Shown here: one piece after another, positions 26,239-34,505 of the stretch
Position numbering within the stretch: the stretch's first letter is position 1
Layout: each line of letters opens with the position of its first letter
NCBI GenBank assembly: GCA_045577815.1
Contig: JAZNJB010000006.1
Coordinates: 10,332 to 74,331 of the forward strand
Source of the DNA: Acutalibacteraceae bacterium
GTDB taxonomy: Bacteria; Bacillota; Clostridia; Oscillospirales; Acutalibacteraceae
Length of the DNA stretch: 64,000 nt
Direction: 5' to 3'
Translations under genes and position numbers: made by a program
The notes under the pieces: generated by a model
The model's database searches: none
What the model was told of the DNA's origin: nothing
What the model saw: the letters and a program-made list of their open reading frames with translations, nothing else

Positions 26239-27492
26239 TTAAAGAACATATATAATTATATCTCTTCTACCCCAGTTTCTGCACTGTGCCTCGGAATTCA
26301 TAAATAAGTCAACTGTCCAGTCAACATCATAAATGTAGCTACCTGTGTCAGCAGCGATGCAGTAGCCGTAAACATACTTACCGTCTGCAGAAACAATATA
26401 CATTTCTGTGCCATAGGGAATTTCCTTGGGGTCAACTGCAATGTAGCCTGTCTGGGCTTTTTTACCTGTTGAGGTAATACCACCGGGAATGCAATATGCA
26501 GTTGCTTTAGCGTTAATAACTGATTTGTAGTTAGTGGGCAAGCCATTTTCGCCTATTTTAAGGTATGAAGGCTCTGCCATTTCACTGATAGGTGTTCCAA
26601 CGGGAAGGCTTGTTGTAACAGCATTTACCTTTGTACCAACCTGAACAAGCGCTCTTTCAGGCTCACGGGTAATCTTTTCAGATTTCTTTTCACTGCTGAG
26701 GAGCTCGCCATTTATATAGGTATCCTCATAAACAACGGCCTTTGTACCCTCTTTACCCGCTTCAAGAGTTTTTGTGCGGTTTTTGTAAAGGGCATCAGAA
26801 TAGGTGTATTCTGTTTCGTAAGGGATTGCTTCCTCTTCTGTTCTCTTTTTTGTTTCAACTCTGCAAACAATAATTTCCGAACCATTTACGAGCTTTTCTT
26901 CGAGAGCAGGTACTGCGAAATCCTCACCCTTCAATTCAACACCAAAAGCGTTCAAAGCATCCTCAACTGTTTTACCGGAAACCTTTTTGGTTTTGGTTTT
27001 TCCGTCAACTGTAAGAGTGATTTTATAGATATCGTAGATTTCAATTGTCATACCGTCTTCTAAAAGTGTATCTGCAGAATAATTAAGAGCAGTACCCTTT
27101 TTAAGCTTTATTTCTGCTTTTTCAAGAGCATCCTTAACTGTGCCTAAAGCATAAACGGTATTTTTTGTTCCGTCAAAGCTTTCAATTGTAACCTTAACGG
27201 CTCTTCTTATAATAATGGCACTTCCGTCTTTACCATTGAAATTTGCAAGGCTTACTTCATCGCCCCTTGCTTCACTGATTTTAATACCCTCATCCTTGAG
27301 GATTTCCTCAGCATCAATTTCAGATGTCAAAACTTCTGTAACCGAGCTACCGTCGTAAATTGTAACATTGTACATTACAGGCGGTACGGCGAACGCTGTA
27401 GCTGAAACAAAGAATACAACCGCTAAAAACAAAAGACCGATTCTTTTGAGCGGCGAATGAACAGACGTTTCGCCTATTTTTCTGACTGTCAT
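26239..27492 (-). CDS. YabE-like cell-wall protein (DUF348 repeats, G5 domain, C-terminal 3D domain)
   Basis: N-terminal anchor, three V.I.DG....V.T-type DUF348 modules, a G5-like segment ending VQVGTK, and a 3D-domain motif ATAYC..TSTG..GYIAVDP..IPYGT. Confidence 0.85.
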   Translation of the reverse strand: MTVRKIGETSVHSPLKRIGLLFLAVVFFVSATAFAVPPVMYNVTIYDGSSVTEVLTSEIDAEEILKDEGIKISEARGDEVSLANFNGKDGSAIIIRRAVKVTIESFDGTKNTVYALGTVKDALEKAEIKLKKGTALNYSADTLLEDGMTIEIYDIYKITLTVDGKTKTKKVSGKTVEDALNAFGVELKGEDFAVPALEEKLVNGSEIIVCRVETKKRTEEEAIPYETEYTYSDALYKNRTKTLEAGKEGTKAVVYEDTYINGELLSSEKKSEKITREPERALVQVGTKVNAVTTSLPVGTPISEMAEPSYLKIGENGLPTNYKSVINAKATAYCIPGGITSTGKKAQTGYIAVDPKEIPYGTEMYIVSADGKYVYGYCIAADTGSYIYDVDWTVDLFMNSEAQCRNWGRRDIIIYVL

Positions 27493-27666
27493 GGTATAAA
27501 TATCTCCTTAGACAAGCAACTTTTCTGATTTCAATTTAAATTCCGGCATTTCTGCCGTGAAAAGCTGCCGTTGTAGGCGTTTTTATCAGCAATAAAACGT
27601 TGAATTGTCACATTTTCAACCTCAGATTACCAATAAAAATGCCGTAGTTATCCGATGGCATTTGGT

Positions 27667-27694
27667 ATTATAACCATCTTTTTGCAAAAGTCAA
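27667..27694 (-). promoter_or_regulatory. putative sigma-A promoter of the YabE-like gene (about 170-nt leader)
   Basis: Minus strand TTGACT, 16-nt spacer, TATAAT (perfect hexamers). Confidence 0.6.
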
Positions 27695-27889
27695 ATAAAT
27701 TAAAATGTGCTTTTTGTTGACTTTTCACAAAGGTTATGAACACAAAAAAGCAATACCCCCTATATTTTGTGGCGAAATTTTGAACAACCACAAGTATTTT
27801 AGGATTTCTTTTGGCAAAAGTGCAGAAATTACAAACTGTAACTTTTATGCCTATTTTTTACCATTTTATTGTCAAATTGTAATTATTTG

Positions 27890-27918
27890 TTGACAGAAAA
27901 CAGTTATTTCAACATAAT
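27890..27918 (+). promoter_or_regulatory. putative sigma-A promoter of cca
   Basis: TTGACA, 17-nt spacer, CATAAT. Confidence 0.5.
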
Positions 27919-27940
27919 AAATGTTGAGGTGTTATCTTCT

Positions 27941-29257
27941 ATGACTATATCTATTCCGAACAATGTAAAAATAATACTTGAAAGATTAAAAAACGCAGGG
28001 TTTGAAAGCTTCTGCGTTGGCGGAGCTGTGCGCGACAGCATTATGGGTGTTATCCCGGGTGATTGGGATATTACAACCTCCGCCCTCCCCGAAGAGACAA
28101 AAGAGCTTTTCAAGGATTTCAGAACAGTCGATACAGGGCTTAAACACGGAACACTTACAGTTATAATCGACAAAACTCCTTATGAGGTTACAACATTCAG
28201 AATAGATGGCGAATATGGTGACAACCGCCACCCCGAAAATGTTACCTTTACAAGCAAAATCGGTGATGACCTTGCAAGAAGAGATTTCACAATAAACGCT
28301 CTCGCTTATAATGATGAAAGTGGTCTTGTTGATTTATATGGCGGACAGGATGATATATATAATAGTATAATAAGAACGGTCGGCAATGCAGATACCCGTT
28401 TTCAAGAGGACGGTCTGCGAATTATGAGAGCCTTGCGTTTTTCTGCAACATTGGGCTTCGAAATCGAAGAAGAAACAAAAAAAGCAATCCACAAAAACAA
28501 GGATTTACTGAAAAACATTTCTGCAGAAAGAATTACCGTTGAATTAATAAAGCTTATCTGCGGTAAAAATGCTTTCAATATTCTTATGGAGTACCCTGAT
28601 GTGCTTTCCGTGTTCATTCCTGAAATTGCCCCTGCTGTTAATTTCACTCAATATGGTAAAAAACACGCTTATGACGTATGGGAGCATATCTGCCACACGG
28701 TTGACACAATCCCCAATGACAGAATTCTGCGCCTTACAATGCTCCTTCACGATTTAGGAAAAGTACCCACACATAAATTAAACGAAAAAGGTGACAGCAC
28801 CTTTAAAAACCACGCCTTTGTAGGTGGTGAAATGGCAAGAGAGATTCTTACACGCCTTAAATTTGATAAAAAGACCATTAACAGAGTTTCCTTCCTTGTT
28901 GGTTGCCACGATTTTGAGCCACCCGAAACAAAAATTGAACTTAAAAAGCACTTAAAAACAAAAACACCTGAAGATATTAAAACTCTTCTTGTTATAAAGA
29001 AGAGTGACAGAGGTGCTTTAAGCGAAAGCTATCGTGATATAAGCGAAGGGACTGCACAGACACTTCAATGGTTAGAAGAAATTGAAAAAGACAATGAATG
29101 CTGTACCATCTCCCGGCTTGCAATAAACGGCAGGGATTTGGAGAAAAAAGGTCTTAAGGGCGAAGAAATAGGAATTACCTTAAATTCACTTTTAGATGCA
29201 GTTATTGAAAACAAAGTGGAAAACACTAAAGCGGATTTATTGACATATATATTATAA
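27941..29257 (+). CDS. cca: CCA-adding tRNA nucleotidyltransferase with HD domain
   Basis: GGAVRD..GDWDITT polymerase-beta motif and RDFTINA. Start at ATG 27941 (GAGGTG upstream). Confidence 0.9.
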   Translation: MTISIPNNVKIILERLKNAGFESFCVGGAVRDSIMGVIPGDWDITTSALPEETKELFKDFRTVDTGLKHGTLTVIIDKTPYEVTTFRIDGEYGDNRHPENVTFTSKIGDDLARRDFTINALAYNDESGLVDLYGGQDDIYNSIIRTVGNADTRFQEDGLRIMRALRFSATLGFEIEEETKKAIHKNKDLLKNISAERITVELIKLICGKNAFNILMEYPDVLSVFIPEIAPAVNFTQYGKKHAYDVWEHICHTVDTIPNDRILRLTMLLHDLGKVPTHKLNEKGDSTFKNHAFVGGEMAREILTRLKFDKKTINRVSFLVGCHDFEPPETKIELKKHLKTKTPEDIKTLLVIKKSDRGALSESYRDISEGTAQTLQWLEEIEKDNECCTISRLAINGRDLEKKGLKGEEIGITLNSLLDAVIENKVENTKADLLTYIL

Positions 29258-29302
29258 TAGTATAGAATAAACAATATATGATTAAAAAGAAAGGGTGTTA
29301 AA

Positions 29303-31666
29303 ATGCGTACTGCACATTCTCTCAACTTTGGTTGGAAATATTCTCCCGAATTCTCGGAAGATATGATAAAAGCTTCTTTTGACGACAGTAAATTTCAGAC
29401 TGTTGATATTCCTCATACTAATAAAGAATTACCCTTAAACTATTTTGATGAAAAATGCTATCAGTTCGTCAGCTGTTACCGTAAGAAATTTGATATCGGT
29501 AAAAAAGCAAAGGGCAAAAGATATATTCTTCATTTTGAAGGTGCATCTCTTTATTCAAAGGTTTATCTTAACGATGAATTTATTGGTGAATACAAAGGTG
29601 CTTACAATGCTTTCACCTTTGATATTACAGACAAAGTAAAAGCAAAAGGCAATTTACTTGTTGTTGAGCTTGATTCCACCGAAAGAAAAGAAATTCCACC
29701 CTTTGGTAATGTTGTTGACTACCTTGTATATGGCGGTATTTATCGTGAGGTTTGGCTTGAAGAGGTCAGCGAAACTTATATTGACAATGCTTTTGTAAGA
29801 ACTCTCAATGTTCTCCAGCCAAAAAAGGTGCTTGATATTGATGTAACTCTTTCCGAAAGCGCAAAGGGTGAATTGACCTTTACTCTTTTTGATGGCGATA
29901 AGGTTATGGGTGAAAAGAAAACTGATTTCAGCGGACGAGTTATTAACGCTAAATGGGCAGTAAAGGATGTTGAGCTCTGGGACACAGAAAACCCCAAGCT
30001 TTACACCTTAAAGGTTAAGCTTGATGACAAGGACGAAATTTCAGTTCGTTTCGGCTTCAGAGAATGCAGATTCTTAACAGACGGCTTCTACCTTAACGGC
30101 AAAAAAATTAAAATCCGCGGACTTAACCGTCACCAGAGCTACCCCTATGTTGGCTATGCTATGCCTAAAAATGTTCAGAAAGCGGATGCAGACTTACTTA
30201 AATACGAATTAGGCGTTAACCTTGTAAGAACATCTCATTACCCTGATAGTGTTCATTTCCTTGACCGCTGTGACGAAATCGGTCTTCTTGTGTTTACAGA
30301 AATGCCCTCCTGGCAGTATCTTGGCGAGGGTGAATGGAGAGATATCTGCCTTGATAATGTTCGCAGAATGGTTCTTCGTGACAGAAATCACCCCTGCGTA
30401 ATCCTTTGGGGTGTTCGTGTAAACGAAGGTCTTGACTGTGACGAGTTCTATGAAAAAACCAACGCTCTTGCAAGAGAGCTTGATAACACCCGTCAGACAG
30501 GTGGCGTCAGAAATATGCCTATGAGCCACCTTCTTGAAGATGTTTACACAATGAATGACTTTATTCATTCAGGTAGCTTTATAAATCTCTTGCCCCCCGC
30601 TCTTGTTACAAAGAGCTTTACCGCTCCCTATCTTGTAACAGAGCATAACGGCCATATGTTCCCAACAAAGAGCTTTGATAAAGAGGGCGTAAGAGCAGAA
30701 CACGCTCTTCGTCACACAAGAGTTCTTAACTCCGCCTACGGTAACCCAAGAACCAGCGGTGCTATCGGTTGGTGTATGGCAGACTATAACACCCATAAAG
30801 ACTTTGGTAGCGGTGACAGAATCTGCTACCACGGTGTAACAGATATGTTCCGTGTTCCAAAAATGGGTGCGGCAATTTATCGTTCACAGCAGGATGACAA
30901 GCCCTTCCTTGAGGTTACATCTGCTATGGATATCGGTGAGCATCCCGGCGGAACAATTGGTGATGTCTGGGTATTTACTAACTGCGATTATGTTAAGCTT
31001 TATAAAAACGGTAAATACACAAGCACAATTTACCCCGACTCTTCAAAATTCAAAAACCTGCCCCATCCCCCAATGATTGCATCCGACTTTATCGGTGATT
31101 CATTGGTAACAGATGACGGACTTGACCCCAAGGCTGCAGCACTTCTTACAGATACTCTTGTTGCTGCTCAGACAAAACAATGGAAATTGCCACCCTCAAA
31201 ATTCGTTAAAGCAGGTGCGGCAATGGTTGTTGGCAAAATCCCCTTTAACAGAATGTTTGATATTGTAACCAAATATATCGGCGGTTGGGGTAACGAACAG
31301 ATTACCTACGCTTTCGAGGGCTACAAGGACGGCGAATGTGTTGCAACAGTTGTGAGAACTGCTGTTACAGAGCTTCACCTTGATGTGAAAGCCGATTCTT
31401 ACGTTCTTAAAGAAGAGGACACCTACGATGCAACAAGAATCCAGATTGTTGCAAAAGACCAGAACGGCAACAGAGTTCCCTTTGCAGACAGCGCTGTTAA
31501 GGTTACTGTTAAAGGTGCGGCAGAAATTATCGGACCTTCTGAATTCCCGCTTATTGGTGGTGACAGAGCCTTCTGGATTCGCACCAATGGTGAAAAAGGC
31601 GATATTACAGTTACTATTGATGCTAAAGGCATCGAAAAGGTTAAACTTGACTTAAAGAGCGAATAA
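29303..31666 (+). CDS. glycoside hydrolase family 2 protein (beta-galactosidase-like), cytoplasmic
   Basis: 787 aa. WDTENPKLYTL, NLVRTSHYP and FTEMPSWQ motifs of GH2. Confidence 0.85.
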   Translation: MRTAHSLNFGWKYSPEFSEDMIKASFDDSKFQTVDIPHTNKELPLNYFDEKCYQFVSCYRKKFDIGKKAKGKRYILHFEGASLYSKVYLNDEFIGEYKGAYNAFTFDITDKVKAKGNLLVVELDSTERKEIPPFGNVVDYLVYGGIYREVWLEEVSETYIDNAFVRTLNVLQPKKVLDIDVTLSESAKGELTFTLFDGDKVMGEKKTDFSGRVINAKWAVKDVELWDTENPKLYTLKVKLDDKDEISVRFGFRECRFLTDGFYLNGKKIKIRGLNRHQSYPYVGYAMPKNVQKADADLLKYELGVNLVRTSHYPDSVHFLDRCDEIGLLVFTEMPSWQYLGEGEWRDICLDNVRRMVLRDRNHPCVILWGVRVNEGLDCDEFYEKTNALARELDNTRQTGGVRNMPMSHLLEDVYTMNDFIHSGSFINLLPPALVTKSFTAPYLVTEHNGHMFPTKSFDKEGVRAEHALRHTRVLNSAYGNPRTSGAIGWCMADYNTHKDFGSGDRICYHGVTDMFRVPKMGAAIYRSQQDDKPFLEVTSAMDIGEHPGGTIGDVWVFTNCDYVKLYKNGKYTSTIYPDSSKFKNLPHPPMIASDFIGDSLVTDDGLDPKAAALLTDTLVAAQTKQWKLPPSKFVKAGAAMVVGKIPFNRMFDIVTKYIGGWGNEQITYAFEGYKDGECVATVVRTAVTELHLDVKADSYVLKEEDTYDATRIQIVAKDQNGNRVPFADSAVKVTVKGAAEIIGPSEFPLIGGDRAFWIRTNGEKGDITVTIDAKGIEKVKLDLKSE

Positions 31667-31742
31667 TAATATAATAACTTGCAAACCGCCTCTCTCATTC
31701 GAGGGGCGGAAAACTCTAAATCATATATAAGGAGATAAGAAA

Positions 31743-33680
31743 ATGAGCAAACAGCCCTATTACATTACTACTGCAATTGCATACACCTCAAGAAAACCCC
31801 ATATCGGAAACTCTTATGAAATCGTGCTTTCCGATGCTTTGGCAAGATTCAAACGAATGCAGGGCTATGACGTTTTCTTCCAGACAGGTACTGACGAGCA
31901 CGGTCAGAAAATTGAGGAATATGCTGCTGCTGCAGGTGTTTCACCCAAGGAATATGTTGACAAGGTTGCAGGTGAAATCAAGGATATTTGTGATTGCCTT
32001 AACACAACCTATGATAAATTCATCCGTACAACTGACGAAGACCACGAAAAAGCAGTTCAGAAAATCTTTAAAGCTCTTTATGACAAAGGCGATATTTACA
32101 AGAGCGAATATGAGGGCTGGTACTGCGTTCCCTGCGAAAGCTTTTTCACAGATTCTCAGCTTGTTGACGGCAAATGCCCTGACTGTGGCAGAGAAGTAAA
32201 AAAAGAAAAAGAAGAAACATATTTCTTTAAATTAAGCAAATATCAGAAACAGCTTGAAGAATATATTGAAGAAAATCCCAATTTCATTTATCCCGAAAGC
32301 CGCAAAAAAGAAATGATAAACAACTTTATCAAGCCCGGTCTTCAGGATTTATGCGTTTCTCGTTCAACATTCAAATGGGGCGTACCCGTTCCTTTTGATG
32401 AAAAGCATGTTGTTTATGTTTGGATTGATGCCCTTTCAAACTACATCACAAGCCTTGGCTATGACCCTGACGGCAGTGGTGAATTATACAAAAAATATTG
32501 GCCTGCTAATGTTCACATTATCGGTAAAGATATTCTTCGTTTCCACACAATTTATTGGCCTATTATGCTTATGGCACTTGGTGAGCCTCTTCCCAAGCAG
32601 GTATTCGGTCACCCCTGGCTTCTTTCAGGTAATGATAAGATGTCAAAATCCCGTGGTAATGTAATCTATGCAGACGACCTTTGCAACCGCTTCGGTGTTG
32701 ATGCAGTGCGTTATTATCTTCTTTCCGAAATGCCTCACGCTCAGGACGGAACAATCACTTATGAAACAATCATTGAACGTTTCAATTCCGACCTTGCAAA
32801 CACTCTCGGAAACCTTGTTAACCGTACTGTTGCTATGAACAACAAGTATTTTGATGGTGTTATTCAGTCACCCGAAAACAAAGAGGAAATTGACAACGAG
32901 CTTATTTCAATGGCGCTTGACACTCTTCCTCAAGTAACAAAATTGCTTGACTCTTACAAAATCAGTGATGCAATTTCCAAAGTAATTGACCTTGCAAAGC
33001 GTTGCAATAAATATATTGACGAAACAATGCCCTGGGCACTTGCAAAGGACGAGGAAAAGAAAGCAAGACTTGGCACAGTTCTTTATAACCTTCTTGAAGG
33101 CATCCGCTTTATCGCAGTTCTTCTTGAGCCCTTTATGCCCGAAACAAGCGTTAAAATACTTGAGCAAATCGGCACAGATGTCAACACACTTGATTCTCTC
33201 GCAGAATTTGGTGCAGTTAAAGAAGGCGCTAAGGTAGGAGTTGCAACACCCCTTTTCTCCCGTCTTGATGTTGAAAAAACTCTTGCTGAAATTGAAGCTT
33301 CTCTTCCTAAAGTAGAAGAAGCAGAAGAGGAAGAAAAGGAAATTGTTGGTCTTGCTGAAATTCAGTATGACGATTTTGCAAAGGTTGAGCTTCGTGTTTG
33401 CGAGGTGGTTGATTGCAAGCCTATTAAGAAAGCTAAAAAGCTTCTTGAGCTCACACTCAATGACGGCACAAAAGAACCCAGAACAGTTGCATCAGGTATT
33501 GCTAAATGGTATAAACCCGAAGAGCTTATCGGCAAAAAGGTTATTGTTGTTGCAAACCTTGCACCAAGAACTCTTTGTGGTGTTGAAAGTCACGGTATGA
33601 TTCTTGCAGGCGAAATTACCGAGGAAGATATCAAGGTTGCATTTGTTGACGGACTTCCTGCAGGTACACAGCTTAGTTAA
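31743..33680 (+). CDS. metG: methionine--tRNA ligase with C-terminal tRNA-binding domain
   Basis: PHIGNSYE (HIGH), KMSKSRGN and the CPDC zinc knuckle. C-terminal VELRVCEV..KKLL EMAP-like domain. Confidence 0.95.
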   Translation: MSKQPYYITTAIAYTSRKPHIGNSYEIVLSDALARFKRMQGYDVFFQTGTDEHGQKIEEYAAAAGVSPKEYVDKVAGEIKDICDCLNTTYDKFIRTTDEDHEKAVQKIFKALYDKGDIYKSEYEGWYCVPCESFFTDSQLVDGKCPDCGREVKKEKEETYFFKLSKYQKQLEEYIEENPNFIYPESRKKEMINNFIKPGLQDLCVSRSTFKWGVPVPFDEKHVVYVWIDALSNYITSLGYDPDGSGELYKKYWPANVHIIGKDILRFHTIYWPIMLMALGEPLPKQVFGHPWLLSGNDKMSKSRGNVIYADDLCNRFGVDAVRYYLLSEMPHAQDGTITYETIIERFNSDLANTLGNLVNRTVAMNNKYFDGVIQSPENKEEIDNELISMALDTLPQVTKLLDSYKISDAISKVIDLAKRCNKYIDETMPWALAKDEEKKARLGTVLYNLLEGIRFIAVLLEPFMPETSVKILEQIGTDVNTLDSLAEFGAVKEGAKVGVATPLFSRLDVEKTLAEIEASLPKVEEAEEEEKEIVGLAEIQYDDFAKVELRVCEVVDCKPIKKAKKLLELTLNDGTKEPRTVASGIAKWYKPEELIGKKVIVVANLAPRTLCGVESHGMILAGEITEEDIKVAFVDGLPAGTQLS

Positions 33681-33686
33681 ACTGTT

Positions 33687-34451
33687 ATGTATAACAATAT
33701 TTTTGATTCCCACGCACATTACACAGATAAAGCGTTTAATGACGACCGCGAAAATATGCTCGACTCCCTCAAAGAGTCGGGCATTTGCGGTGTTATAAAC
33801 TGTGGTGCTGATCTGGATTCCTCAAAAGAATCCTTAAAACTTGCAGAAACTTACGATTATTTATATTTCGCCTGTGGTATTCATCCCGAAGAGGTTGAAA
33901 ATCTTCCCGAAAACTATATAGAAATATTAAAAGACCTTGCAAAGCACGAAAAATGCGTTGCAATTGGTGAAATTGGTCTTGATTACTATTGGCGTCAAGA
34001 CACAAAAGAAAAGCAAAAAGAGGTTTTCGAAAAGCAGATACTTCTTGCAAAAGAACTGGATTTACCAATAATCGTTCACGACAGAGAGGCACACGGCGAT
34101 ACTTTGGAAATTCTAAAAAAGCACAAACCCAAAGGCGTTTTGCATTGCTTCTCGGGTAGCGTTGAAACTGCAAAGGAAGTTTTGAAACTCGGAATGTATA
34201 TAGGCTTTGGTGGTGCATTAACCTTCAAAAATGCAAGAAAAGCCGTTGAGGTAGCGGAAATATTGCCCCTTGAAAAACTCCTTTTAGAAACCGATTGTCC
34301 CTATATGGCACCTGTTCCCATGAGAGGGAAAAGGAATGATTCAAGCCTTATTCCCTATGTGGCAGAAAAAATTGCAGAAATAAAAAACACCGATGCTCAA
34401 CGAATACTCGACATAGCTACTGAGAATACCAAGCTATTGTTTAATATATGA
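33687..34451 (+). CDS. TatD family metal-dependent hydrolase (YabD-like)
   Basis: FDSHAH..GEIGLDY..HDREAH..HCFSG..ETDCPY motif series. Follows metG as in the Bacillus metS-yabD arrangement. Confidence 0.9.
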   Translation: MYNNIFDSHAHYTDKAFNDDRENMLDSLKESGICGVINCGADLDSSKESLKLAETYDYLYFACGIHPEEVENLPENYIEILKDLAKHEKCVAIGEIGLDYYWRQDTKEKQKEVFEKQILLAKELDLPIIVHDREAHGDTLEILKKHKPKGVLHCFSGSVETAKEVLKLGMYIGFGGALTFKNARKAVEVAEILPLEKLLLETDCPYMAPVPMRGKRNDSSLIPYVAEKIAEIKNTDAQRILDIATENTKLLFNI

Positions 34452-34452
34452 A

Positions 34453-34492
34453 ATAACCCTAACGAAAAAAAATTTTTTCTCGTTAGGGTTAT
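34453..34492. terminator. bidirectional rho-independent terminator
   Basis: ATAACCCTAACGA(A)n / (T)nTCGTTAGGGTTAT long stem between convergent genes. Confidence 0.8.
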
Positions 34493-34505
34493 ATATTTTC
34501 AGTTC

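Noticed and set aside
27493-27700. c-di-AMP (ydaO/yuaA) riboswitch upstream of the YabE-like cell-wall gene
   Set aside because: The pseudo-symmetric ACGGGGA/CCCA-type conserved motifs of that riboswitch are absent from the leader. It is kept only as an unexplained leader.
27705-27893. 62-aa ORF (MCFLLTFHKGYEHKK...) and the 80-aa ORF at 10430..10672
   Set aside because: Neither has an SD. Both lie in promoter, leader or repeat regions and have odd compositions, so they are likely chance ORFs in AT-rich spacers.
31690-31713. Hairpin CCGCCTCTC-TCATTC-GAGGGGCGG as the terminator of the GH2 gene
   Set aside because: It has a reasonable stem but no T-run on the plus strand, so it cannot be called an intrinsic terminator with confidence.
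31667-31742. T-box riboswitch upstream of metG (and upstream of gltX at 58856-59019)
   Set aside because: The leaders are only 76 nt and about 45 nt. I see no specifier loop, no T-box sequence (AANNNGGUGGNACCGCG) and no terminator/antiterminator pair.
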